Positions 11,396 through 24,658 of a stretch of DNA of 64,000 nucleotides are shown here, piece after piece (the first letter of the stretch is position 1; each line of letters starts with the position of its first letter). The stretch covers positions 7,626,001-7,690,000 of the forward strand of contig CM102290.1 in assembly GCA_046563655.1 (NCBI GenBank), in the 5' to 3' direction. The notes under the pieces are model-generated. The model did not search any database. It was not told the DNA's origin and was given only the letters and a program-made list of their open reading frames with translations. The position numbers and the translations under genes are program-made. Source of the DNA: Yuukianura sp. NJ FZ-2021. Taxonomy: Eukaryota.

Positions 11396-13147
11396 CGGTA
11401 CATCTCAGTTAATTCCTTGATCTGGTTTCATAAATCGTTGATCAATTACTTGTTGAGAAAGACTTCAAGTGTGTCGTAATTGTAAATGTGGTAGGGATGA
11501 ATAGACAACATTTATAAAGTGCAAATGCTTGCTCCCCCCAGTATCCTAAAATTGTACGTGAGGATGAATTAGATAATCGTTTATGATTGATTATTGATTG
11601 TTGCTCCAAATATAACTTACGTCACCTCCGTCACTTAAAACTGCGACCGCGAATTCGTCGTTACATGAACGAACGACCACTTAAAAACGAAAAATATGTT
11701 GGCAATGATAATGCAGAATGCGGTAGCTGGTCGGTAAATAAAATAAGTTACACTGCAAGTTAGGAAATCGCTTCCTAATCCCGGATACAAAAGAAACAGT
11801 CCTACAAGAAAAGAAAACAAGCGTGTCTACTGTCTAGGAATCAACTGGTACTACTGGCGCCTCGAAGGCGGTAAGATTCTAAAAGAACCGAAGAATTCCA
11901 GAGCGGGTTTAGCTTTACTACCAATAAGGTAGCTAAAAAGACCCTCTCACGCACAGTACTAATGGGCAGGGTGATCATAATCATACAATACTGATACAAT
12001 TCCGTTCCATTCTATGACAAAGTTAAACAGTGTTTAATTTGCCATGTTCAGTGATATTAATCTAATATGTTGTAAAAAGTAATAGAATTTACAATAAAGA
12101 CGATATATAGCATGTAACGTTGTTATTACCGTTTGATTATTTCGTTGACGGTGGAGTTTATTGGATTTCCGGGAAATTCAAATTTTGACAATTCGAAATG
12201 CATTGGCATTTGGTTGGAACGGAAAAATTCTTTCACAAAATTCATACCACAAAAAGCGGATTATTCGGAAAGACGGGAGACTGGCTACCTTGTTTTAAAA
12301 ATTATATCGGTCAAGCGCAATTGTATGATATAAATTTACAAGTTATTATTTCAAGTAAATGATGATTACCATAATAAAGTTATTCATTTAATTAAATTGG
12401 TAGCAATTGCCATAATTACGTTGGCTTGATAAAGTTGAAACGCAGTGGCAACTTGGCATTGGCAATTAGTCAGTCATTTCATTTGAACTTGAGTTCTCCA
12501 GCAGCTGATAAAGATGAGAGTACTATCTCGCATTGAGTGTGAATCTCTCTCAAATGATAAGATAAGTCAGGTGAATTTGACACCTGAATTAATTCATAAT
12601 TCGCACTTCTAAGCAACAAACGAAGGAGTCCATAAGGTTGGCGACATTGACATCTTCCACGATTAATCCACTAATTAGTCGCTGGAAATCGGGAAATAAT
12701 GAAGTGACTAAACGGAAAAGGATAAGGATAGACACGAAAGACACAAGCATGGCGAGCCTTCCATATTTTCTGCGGTAATTCATTCTTAAACACTTAGACT
12801 AAACATTTCGTGTTGTCAATCGTCAAAATCCAGTCAATCGTCCAAACAAATCCTGCTTATTACTCTGTGTACTCGTAGTCGTTCTGCCGTACTCCAACTG
12901 TTGCTGCATCAATAGAATGGGTGCTTGTGACTGTTGTAGTGGGTGTTGGCGAAAAATTGGTCGGTTTTGGTATCATTGCTTCATTCGGTAAGTCGAGTCC
13001 CCTTTTAATTTGGAATCGGAGTGATTTACATCTCAAATTGTATAGGAAGCGTATAGGAAGTTGTGGCTCTTGCGCTCGCTACAACTGTGAATTGTGTTTA
13101 GTAACTGCAATAACTCAGTATAGGAATTCAAACTTAGTACCAAAGTA

Positions 13148-15116
13148 ATGTCGATCAATGTGTTGAGTCGCCACAATTTTACCGTAACAAGGTGCAAACG
13201 GCACTACCACTTGTGTCTAATTCGTTTCTTGTTGGTTTCAGATGGAGGCTTTGGCTCCGACCTTTCGTGGTCTTGGCATATTCTTTAGTTTTACTCGTGT
13301 TGGTACCTTTTCTCGTATTACGTTGCTTAGGAGAGTGTTCGGGAAAGGAACAGACACAACTTATTGGCGGCATATTCACTCTTCTTGCTCTACCGATCAC
13401 ATTCTGGCAAATTTCGCAACATCTCGTACATTACACAAAACCTTATCTTCAGAAGCACGTTATAAGGTATAGAGTTTATAAGATAGGATACTACTGAAAA
13501 TGAATTTGATGTAAAAAGTGAATGATGAATTGATGAATAATGGTTGTAGAATACTCTGGATGGTGCCAATTTACTCAATGGACGCATGGCTTGGACTATT
13601 AGAACCAAAGATATCGATATATTTGAACAGTCTTCGAGAGTGTTATGAGAGTTACGTTATCTACAACTTTATGAAGTTTTTACTTAACTATCTCAATGGC
13701 GAAATGGATTTGGAAGCAAACCTGGAATTAAAACCACAAGTCCATCACATCATTCCTCTCTGTTGGTTACGGGATTGGGAAATGGTACTTTTAATTCGAA
13801 CATTAATTAACTTTTTTTATTTTATTAAACTTAGTTTAATTATGTTGTGATACGCCATTTACTTACTTCCACCCAAACTTTCTTAGGGCCCAGAATTTGT
13901 ACATAAATGCAAGCACGGGATTCTGCAGTACACCATTATCCGGTGAGGCGACAACAAAGTTTTCTTACCATTTTTCTTAAAAACCATCCAGATTTGTTTC
14001 TACGAATGACGTAAACATGCTCAATCTTAAATTGTTTTTGTTTTGCATCTCAATTTCTCTCTCTTAGACCGATAATGGCTGCAATATCATTTCTGTGCCA
14101 AATGGGTGGTGTCTATGGCGAAGATCAGTTCAGCCCCACCGTAGCTTACCCCTACATAATGGTGGTGAACAATCTTTCCCAGTTTGTTTCAATGTATTGC
14201 CTAGTACTCTTTTACAAAGCAAACAAGACGGAGCTGAGTGATATGAGACCAATTGGGAAGTTCCTGTGTATCAAATCCGTTGTCTTCTTCTCGTTTTTGT
14301 AAGTTCCATTTTGATTTAGTTTTGAACCTTACTGGAATTTCACAAGCTAACTAAGACGATATTGTCATATTTTAGCCAGGAGTTCTTGATTTCAATACTC
14401 GCCAACTTAAACGTCATCTCGGACGTATTCGGTATAACCGATATGGGGGATGTTCGTGAGATTTCTTCAACACTTCAAAACTTTTTGATTTGCATTGAGA
14501 TGTTTTTGGCCGCAATAGCGCATCACCACTTTTTCACTTACAAAGACTATGTGGACATGGCTGCGTCCACTCCAAACTGCTGCGAGTCATTTATGTCAAT
14601 GTGGGATGTATCTGATGTCAAATCCGATCTAGCCGAGCACGTCGGTGTAGTGCGTAAGTTCTTTTAATATTTATTAAATTATAATTTAACGGTATTTATG
14701 TTTATAACCGCTCTGTGGTTCCTCTATTCAGGAAACACTGTCATCAGAAATGTGATGCCTTCAAAAGTTTATCGGCATCCTGGCGGACTAACGGAAGAGC
14801 GTGCAAGACTTTTATCCATTTCTGATGGAGTCGATTACCAAAGCGGGAGTGAAAGTGGACCGGGATCTTCGTCTGGTGTTACTCGAGGACCATTCCAAAC
14901 AGCAAGGTGGGTTTATGATTTTCCGTATCCTAAAACAGAAAAATTCAATTTGAATTCCTTGCTTTCAGATCCGCCAGCCTAAGTTTAGTTGGAGAAATGA
15001 ACCCTGGAAGTGCAACCCAAGTTTCGGTTAAGAATCCAGATGGAAGCATGTACGAAGGCTTTACGGACCTCACTGATTATGACAAAGAAGATCAGCACCA
15101 ACCAGAACATTACTAA
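13148..15116 (+). CDS. TMEM184C: Transmembrane protein 184C (OSTalpha family)
   Basis: RILWMVPIYSMDAW, LRECYESYVIYNF, CKHGILQY, KFLCIKSVVFFSF, LQNFLICIEMFLAAIAHH; multi-exon. Confidence 0.92.
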
Positions 15117-16284
15117 ATTCTCGTACTCCATTATTTTCCGAGCAACGGTGCAAATTATGGGCTTCCCTTACCCCCGTTTCTGTGGCTCAATCAGCATTTA
15201 AAGTACCTCGACATGAGATTTACATTGATTTCCTATTAATTTATTGTCTTCCCAACCTTCCACATGTAGAGTCAACCAAAGCCAAATGGATGACTGTTTA
15301 GTACAATTTTCTAATTTCTGATTCTGCTATTTACGTCGCTTTTTGTAAACCTTTTCCTAGGTACAGTTAGTCATGTTGTTAGCTCAATCCGACTCAATTT
15401 CGCATCTGTAATTAAGTTAGTAATACATACGTTTTATCACCGTATTTTCAATGTTCTCTTTCACGTGAGACTTTGTTACTGTCTCGTTTTGCCGACGATT
15501 AACTACGAGTGTGATAAGTGGCCAATTTGTTTGGACCCATGTAGTCTCAATGCCCAAAGTAATTCTAACTTTAGCTCAATTCCAACCTAGATTTTGAAGG
15601 AAATAGAAGCATCGCAAAATATTTATGTAACAACGATGTTAAACGTGTGTTCTGACGTATTGCAATTTGCAACGTGCGAAAGAAATGACATTTCTCTGGA
15701 ACTTAATTAGTGAAGACATTAATACTTCCGTTTGGTATTTACTACCTGGCAAATAGTACTTACTATGCTTTGCTTGCGTGTTATGTTTAAAGATACAAGA
15801 AATCTTCACAATCAAATAAATTGTTCTTTACGATGATTCAAAGTTACGTTTCATGATACATTTTATTCAAACGTGTAGTTTTGAGAACTGAACGACGTTG
15901 GATTTGATTACAAAATATTATAATTCAACGTATAATTGTTATTATTTGTTATTAGGTTATTATTTGTAAATGTTATTAGTTGTTATTATAATTTATAAGC
16001 ATTTTACATTTAATTTTAGTCGCAAAGGAATACGACAAAAATTACCATAGTGACCAGCTCTGGCGAAGTGTTTGAGGCTGCGGTTGGCGCAAATTTTTGT
16101 CTCAAACTTCCACCTTGCTGGAACCAAATCTTCTCGCCGCCATTTGCCAACTTCTCCTTTATTCTCTCTCTGACCTTAGAACAAGCAAGACCTACTGTGT
16201 CATCGTTCAATTGTGTTTTTTTTAGTTTTTGGGTAAAATCTTCGATTTAGCAACGACTTGGAGAGCTAACTCCTGAAGTTCAAG

Positions 16285-17478
16285 ATGGATCTCGTTAAAA
16301 ATGCGAAATCTGTTCCATCGGTACCTGTTGGCGACGTCGGGAGCGAAGGACTAGTGTATGTCGACACTACCACTGTGGCTCCATCACCCTCTCGGGACTA
16401 CTATCGCCTACACGTCACTCATCAATTTGTAAGTATCCGAGACATCTTTAAAGACAATGGTTATTAAATGGTTTCTTTGTTGGACAGGTTCGGATGACTC
16501 GCTGGCCGATTACTCATCGCAGCGCTGCACCGCAACCCCCTGAGGAAACCAAAGTTCCACTGGACGAATTTCATACGCAACATCGTTTGACGTCCGAAGT
16601 GGCACGAATTTTTGGAAAAGACATGGCTCAATATGTGACGGGGCTTAGCCAGGGGCACTACGACACTATCGTTCGACTTCCATTGAAAGTGTTGGCTCGA
16701 ATCATGGAGTATGTTGGTATTGAGTCCCTTGCTAATCTTGCTCCGGTCTGCAAGCGCTTCCATGAGGTATTTATTACCTATGTCTGAAACAGTTTTTCTT
16801 CAATCGTATCCATTCTACGTAAATGTACCAACTTCACTAATTTCAATTTCTGACTGTTTAGGTGGCTACCGGAAATACTCTGTGGGAATCATTCTGTACT
16901 ACTTATTCTCACAATGCTCCGGGATACGATTCACTTACTGCTGTTAAAGATTACACACGTTTTGGCTGGAAAGCTGTCTTCTTGGCGTTTCGCCTTCAAG
17001 ATAATGTAAAAAGTCCTTTTCTAAAGTTTTGATTTGATATTGTTCATTTCATTATTTGTCTTGCCAGATCCGCCCGGGGAAGAAGCTGCGACTCGGCACT
17101 GCCAAAACTGGTGGTTTGGCGAAGGTCATTGATGGTGCTGGGGAAGGACTGGGACCTATTGCTCCCGAAACTTCGGCAGTACTTCAGGGCGAGATTCCGA
17201 AGGGGTATAAGTCACTTCTCTACAAGCCGTTGGGCACACCGCAGTCGCTGAAGGACTTGAGCGAACAAGCCAAAATGGGAGCAGCAGCGATGTTCCGACG
17301 AGGAGTTGCGAAGGAAGGGGATGCTGCTACTTCCAAAAAAGTTGTGAAGACCTTGGAACGTTTGTATCTTCGTCCTCCTCCCGGGTCTCAGGCTACTCGT
17401 TCAAGACTTTCGCGCAGTCTTCAGGACGTTCACGGAAGCTCGGAAGCAGAGGACAACCTCACCCGCAAAAGCAACTAA
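16285..17478 (+). CDS. FBXO36: F-box only protein 36-like
   Basis: N-terminal APSPSRDYYRLHVT...EVARIFG region, then F-box RLPLKVLARIMEYVGIESLANLAPVCKRFHE...LW. Four exons. Confidence 0.75.
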
Positions 17479-19366
17479 AATCATCAATCAATACAGCATC
17501 ACAACAAACAAATACTTTCCAACAATTCGTTAGTATTTTTCATTCAAATAACTAATTTTTGCTTTTCCGCCTAAAAATCATTTGAGCAATACATGTTATA
17601 GGCAATAGCTGTGAAAAATGTTTTGAAAAATGTCAACTCTGTAATACATGTGTAATAAGAAAAATATTGGAAGTTATTCTGTTCTCAGGGTACTGGCATA
17701 CTAACGGAGGAATTGTAACATTGTAACGGATGGAGTGTAACGTCGTAGTCAGAGTTTATCTAGTTTGGTTACTTGAAATGGATTGCACCATTACACGCGT
17801 AAGCGTAACTCGTACTTGTCAAGGACAAAATTACGTCGCTGGTTGTTGTGCAAATTGCAGACAGTCTATGGCGATGGAGAATGTCCATCGGAGATTCTAC
17901 ATCTCCATTGGAGATGTAGAAATACTAGAATGAGTTTACGTTGAAGTGTATCAGGGTCAGCAAAACTGGCAAATAAGATTCAGCTCAAGCAGTGCCGGTC
18001 GTTCTAAACATTTTTACTCTAAATTGACCAAAAATACAATTAAAAAATATGTTGTCTCTCGTAAATAAAACGTTCTTTGAACGACTTATATAAAAAAATC
18101 GTGATTTCCTTCTGGCGGGTTAATGCTACTAAAAGCTAGGTCCGAATTTCATCTGTCTTGAATTTTTACTAAGTATCATATTAAAACAAATTAATTTAAA
18201 TAATACAATATTATAAACAATGCTTAAACTGTGCTTTAATTGTCATCTCCTTGTTATCATTACGCTAAACCCTACTCACTTAACAAAGAAATCTGCCAAG
18301 TCGTGCAACTTGACACACCCCCAAACCCCAACAAACAAATTCGAATTTCACGGACATCCCTCTTAAGTTGTTCCAAGCCCTTGTGAGACGAACCTGATGT
18401 TTTTGTAAGCACGTTTCTTAAGTGTCGTCACAACTCACGCCATCCCAATGTACTACATACCAGTACGTTACTACGTTTACCTGCCACAGTGACCTTGTCT
18501 ATGACCCGTATCCAGGAAACTACGTGGTTGTCTCAAATTACACAAGGAATTGCCCCACATTTGGACGCTGGAGGGAGTGGTCCTGGAATGGCCCAATCTC
18601 TCCAACTCTTGTCTTGATTACAGAAATGTTGCATAAAACATTGTCCACCATTTAAGATGGTTTGTTTGATGAATGAGAGCCTCTCTTCTTTCCTTATCAT
18701 CCCTAAACACTTCGTAAACAACTGTTATCATTGACATTAAAGTGCGACGTTCTTAAAACAGTAAGACTGGTAGTTACGTTGGAAGAGGCATATAATCTTG
18801 AATCTGTGTGTCGTGTCAAATGTCAATGATGATAACGTGTCAAGAAGCAGCAGGAGAACGAAGTTGTTTGTTTTTTGTGGGTGGGGTTATTTTTCGCGTG
18901 CAGATTTTTGGGGGCGAGTACACTTTTAGGAGAAGAGGATTAGGAAGGAAGGCTCTCAATGAATATAATGTTAGAGTACATGTTAAATGTGGATTAAAGT
19001 TAAGTGGTTAGATTAATGACATAGCGTTGGTGGTGTGTGGTGTGACGAGGCCGTTGTCTTGGGGGTTTTACATATCCATACCCTCTGCGTTCTCCGTAAC
19101 CGTGTTCATAGGGTATACCGAGGAGTGCGAATGTGTGCCCATCCGTGTCCCTCTTCAGGTATGCCTCCTTAAGATCTTCTGGATGTCTCCTCTCACTCTT
19201 CAGTCGTTCGTATCACCTCCTCACTTAAAGTACTTACCGTCATCTGTTCTTTTCACACCATCTACACTTTCACTCCTAAACATCACTCATTGAAAGACAA
19301 TTATCAAATTTCAATTGTTTTGTAATACATTAGCCGGATCTGAAAACTTAAGTGATTGAAATCGTC

Positions 19367-22300
19367 ATGAATAAGACAAAGTTCAATTTATCATTTGCTG
19401 GATGTGGATTTCTGGGAATTTATCATGTCGGAGTCGCTGCCTGTCTCAAAAAGTACGCACCACATTTAATTGTTAACAAGGCTTCTGGAGCTTCCGCTGG
19501 AGCAATTGCTGCAACGTGTCTACTCTGTGATGCACCTCTAGGTATGTCAACTTGACATTGTCATCATGGTGTCAATCTTAGTAATTCTTAGTAAATGTAT
19601 GATGCAGAGTTGTATGCGGAATGTAACTAACTTTGATACGGACTAATGATGTATTCTCAACCAGCAGGTAGCTTAATTTAGTTGAAGATGCTTGACAATT
19701 GACAAGAGTTGTGTATTGTGTTTAGAATTTGTATCGTATTTTGTCTTGACAAGTCCAGTTTGGGTAAGTTCCTAACCAACAATGTTACGTATTACACCAT
19801 TCTCATGTTGACCGTTGGAAATCTTCCTTTTAAGTTTTAATCCTGAGACCTTTGTGATATTTTTAGATCGGTTGTTGTTTTTTCTATTTTTGGGTTATAT
19901 TTGGGCACGTATACCGTACAATCGCGTCTACTGGACACACACCCCCACTCTCAACCAACCGGAATTGCGTACAACTTAAGTGTTAAGTGTCAAGCGATAA
20001 GAAGAGTAGGACGAGTCGTTTCGTTTTGGTCATTTATCAGGACATAAAGCTCCAAGTGTCAACTCCATTGTTCAAACCAGATAACGTCATGGCCTTCACA
20101 ATAAGACTTAAAATAGTGGTCTCAATTCTTCCAGCTACTTCATAATGGCCCATTTAGGCTTTAAATTCAGCGAAATGTACAATAGACTTTTATTCATTCG
20201 AGTCATTCGCCATTCATTTCTGAAGAATCAAATTGCACATTAGACGAAGATTCTGTTCTCTTGGAAGAAGACCTCTTGGAGTCAGTACTTTCCTATTGGG
20301 AACGACGAGATAGCGCTTAATGACTATGTTGTTGAGCTTTAGGCCATGGATGTGCGCATTTAGAATGTGTTATTAGAGACTACTGTCGAAACTGGACTGA
20401 CTAGTATTCCTTATGATAACTATAATGAAATCTACTAATTAAAGAAATTCGGTTTTCTCAGGAGGTACGTGACTTCGGATAGGCCGCGGTTAGCATTGCA
20501 AAGTCAAAAACCGCAACCAGGAAGGCATTCAACTAAAGTAGGTCTGTGAATTTCCACTTCAAAATTTTGCATCCCTGGTTGCAACTATTTAACGACGACT
20601 GGCTTTGATGTTATGTTCTCCGGTCACTGGAGTCCGGTGTCATTCTTAAAAAAATCATAAGTTAGTGTCAATGGCCCTCCAAGTTCATTCTACCTATCAC
20701 TAATTTCCACATGTGGAGGACTTGGTAGCAAAATTTAGAAAGATGCAAAATGCTAAAATTCTGTCTGGCTCTGCGAAATATTTATCAGACACGGTTTTCC
20801 ATTGACTTGTTGAATGAGTCTGCACTTAAGATTAACTTTGACTATTAGAGTTTGGGTGAAAAAAATCTTAAGATAAGTCGAAATACGATTAACAAGACTT
20901 CCAAGGACTCTCTTATACTTAAAGTGAAAGGGAATTAAGAGAAGCATTAATTTTTAAGGTTAGCATACTCAAATTAGTGTATTTCAGCTTGTCTGGGTGT
21001 TTGTTCAATGTCAACCGCCCATAAAGTTTCAAGGGAGCCGTGAGTAATTGAGGTTATCCAGATTCGCAAAAGGAATTTTGGTTTTCGAAGGGCATCGGGT
21101 GATACCCTAAGGTCAATTTGTGAATTGGTTCACTGTTTCGAAGAGAATGATTGGTTGATACTTAAGAATTATTGGAAATATTGTCTGATTAATCATTTTG
21201 TTTGTCTTGCAGGTCAGATCACTCAAGATGTATTACAGATCGCAACTATGGCAAGAGCAAAGTCACTGGGACCCTTCAGTCCTTCTTTCAACATTTCCAA
21301 AATTTTACGAGATGGACTCACGAAGGTATAAACAGCGGCGTATTTAGTGATGAGGTGATGAAGATGACGCTCCGTCATGGTGGTGTGGTCGTCAACACGA
21401 CAAGATTTCAAGTTTAAAGCAGTCCTTCGTGACGACTTTTGTGTTCTAGCAATGTCGTCACAGGTTTTCACTGCTCTTTGTGTACTTAAACACCACATGA
21501 CGCGACGTTCATCTTAATTGACCTTGGCTGTTGTTATGCTACGTAGAAACAGAGTTTTTGGGATAAAAAATGTAACACATAAGTAGTTACACAATTTCGA
21601 AACATTACTCTGCTTGTATTGTTAATGTTTTTGCTTCGTTTGTCCAGATTTTACCAGAAGATGCTCATTTACGTGTCAGTGGGAAACTCCATATCTCTCT
21701 CACACGAGTCTATGATCGTCAGAATGTGATTGTTTCACAATTTGATTCACGCGAAGACTTAATACAGGTATGTTATGTCTCGTTTAAGACTCATTTACTT
21801 TATGTGCATGTTGGAATGATGGGTAGTGTTGGTTGGGTTTTGTAATTTTGGAAATATGGTGGCTGGTGCTACGTAGTGGGGAACTATACCAGCTCAAATC
21901 AGCGGAATATTGCAGCATGTTTAGTAGTATTGGTGGGAATTTTTATTATACCTATGAAATTAGCAAACGAGCATGTTTCATGTGGTATTAAATATTATGG
22001 GTTTTACCTTTTACCAAATTTCCGATGTACTTTTTGAGAATTAACGTTAACGAGATAGAGAATTTCGGATAGAGCGGATGTTCGCAGTAGTTTGTTCTGG
22101 AAATGGGATGATCTGAACGAATTATGTATGTTTTCAAGGCTGTTATTTGCTCAACCTTTATACCATTTTTCTCTGGAATGGTTCCACCGAGGTTTCGTGG
22201 GGCAAGATTTGTTGACGGTGGATTTACAGGTACTACTTATCAGGTTTTGAAACGCATGTCTTGGACACCTTAGGTATTCTTACTTTTACAAGGTCATCTG

Positions 22301-24658
22301 ATGATAAATTTAATCCATTGTTAGACAATTGCCCATCCATCGATGAGCACACTGTGACCATCTCACCGTTCTGCGGAGAGTCAGACATTTGCCCAAGCGA
22401 TGGAAACTCACTTCTTCTTCTTGTTCGTTTTCAATTTACTTTCTACTCAGATCAATTGCCAGCCAGTGTTTTCATCCAAACGATTCTCAACCTCGGAAAT
22501 TTCAAAATTTCAATTTCATAACCCTATTCCTCAATTTTGAATCCTTGGCTATCCGCTGAGCCTTTCAAGAGGTTAAGCATTTTGGTTATTTTTAACTAAG
22601 CTAGATGTTAGAGTGCATGGCTTTGCCGACATTTGTATGTGCTTGAGTCTGTTGTTCACCTAATTGCCCGGGAATATTTCAAACCGATTACTTTTTACTA
22701 ATTACTATTGCATTTGCATGATGCACTGTGTGATTCCCTATAAGAAATGGTATTATTTTTGTGTATTGTTTTTATTCCGTTTAGGCAATTTTATGTTCTG
22801 GCTTTGTTCCGGTGTTTTCTGGATGGCTACCACCAAAATTTAAAGGCGTTCGGTACATGGATGGCTGCTACTCGGACAATTTGCCAATTCTGGATGAAAA
22901 CACACTCACAGTGTCACCATTCTGCGGCGAGTCAGACATATGTCCTAGGGACAAAACAGTCAATTTAATGCAGGTCAGGACGACAACTTGTCACTACTAA
23001 TAACTGTGTTGTTTTTACTTAATATTGCAATCAGGAACAGCTTAAGTTTTCACTCTTGATACTAGAGCACAACACAAGCTTTTTATTGCCGGTTTTTCAC
23101 AGCCAGCTCAAGAGTTATAATTTTGTAATTCGTTTTTTAAGGAGACTTTTGCTAATGCCTTTCATTTCTCGTGTTTTCTGAAACCATCTTCCTGCAATTC
23201 CTTCATGTTTTTTGGTGCAATTTCAACTGAATCTGCAAAACTTTGCGTTGATAAGCCCTACCCTCAAATGTATCCTAATCCACCTCTTCATTGGCAAATC
23301 CCATCAGGACAATGTCCTGTCCTCGGTTGAGTCTCACTGGAAGAGTTCACGGTCACTCGCTTCTTAGCATTTAATTAAACATTTAGCAACTCTGTAAGGA
23401 ATTGCAGTGAACCTAATTTGTTTTTTTCTTTGGTTAGGTGAACTTATCCAACACTTCCATAGAGCTCTCAAGCCAAAACTTATACAGATTCTCAAGGACG
23501 CTTTTTCCACCAAGAGCTGAAGTTCTTTCGAGCATGTGTCAACAGGGATTTGACGATACACTGAGATTCCTAGCTAGAAATGACCTCATTGGGTGTACAA
23601 CGTGCATGTCCCTGGATACGGCTCTTCCATGCCTTGGAGATCAGTTGGACAAAATGGCGACGCGAAACTACGAGAGAATTATGTCAGAAGAATCTTGTCA
23701 TCAGTGTATTGTTACAAAAGAGGTACAAATTCAAACACAAATGGAACGGAGTGAATTTTCAGGTTAATCAATCGTGTTTTTTTGTGCTAGGCTGCTTTGC
23801 AAGATGGACTTCCAGATACAGTCGTAAACATTCTGCAAGACGCCATTGAATCGGGCAACAGAGGACTGATTAACTGGCTCTTTTCTCACCGAAGCGTTCG
23901 GATTCTGAGTTTAATGACGCTACCTTGGATCATCCCGGCAGATATGGCCTATGCTACTGGACTCAAAGTTTTTGAAACGGCACCAAAGCTCTCATATAAT
24001 CTCAAAGTTTTAAGCGAAGCGGTCATCCAACTGCTAGCTCAAACGTTGTCTAGGCTGTCTCCTTCAGCCTACACAGCAAAACTGACGTGCCAATTGGCCG
24101 TAACTGAATATGGTACGTTTTAACTTTTCCATAAGCATTTCCATTAACTTTTCCATTAAGCGTAAGCATTTAAGCATTTTCCATAAAAAAGTTATTGTTG
24201 AACGGGCTAACCACAGTGTTTTGTTTTTCAAAATTTCAGAGGAAGATATCGAGGCGCCTGCAGAAAAATGTCTTTCCCGAAAACCTTCCATTCGCAGCAA
24301 AATGAACTTTGAATTCACACTTAACATTGAGAATAGGTAAGAATACTACTTGGATTGGAATTTAAGTTTTTAAACAAGTTTGTGACTGTGTGTAAAACTA
24401 ATGTATACTTGTTTTGTGTTTAGCAGAGAGTCTCCACTGAGTCGTCGTAGTTCTTTGGTTGATTTTGAAGATGGAGAGGACACATTTGAAAGATTTTTGA
24501 AAGTGACAAGGAACCAGGAAGCTGTTCTGACGTCGTACTATTTGAACTATGACAAGGTAGACATTTACAATGTCAACGAAACATTGAACAATAGATCCAA
24601 AAGCCTTTCCTCTTCTCCCACCACTTCTCTTCCGCCATCAAGAATTTATGAACTCTAA
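19367..24658 (+). CDS. PNPLA2: Patatin-like phospholipase domain protein 2 / adipose triglyceride lipase (brummer)
   Basis: [21 protein letters not shown] nucleophile elbow, [26 protein letters not shown] motif, [25 protein letters not shown]. Includes the alternative cassettes at 22139-22422 and 22785-22973. Confidence 0.95.
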
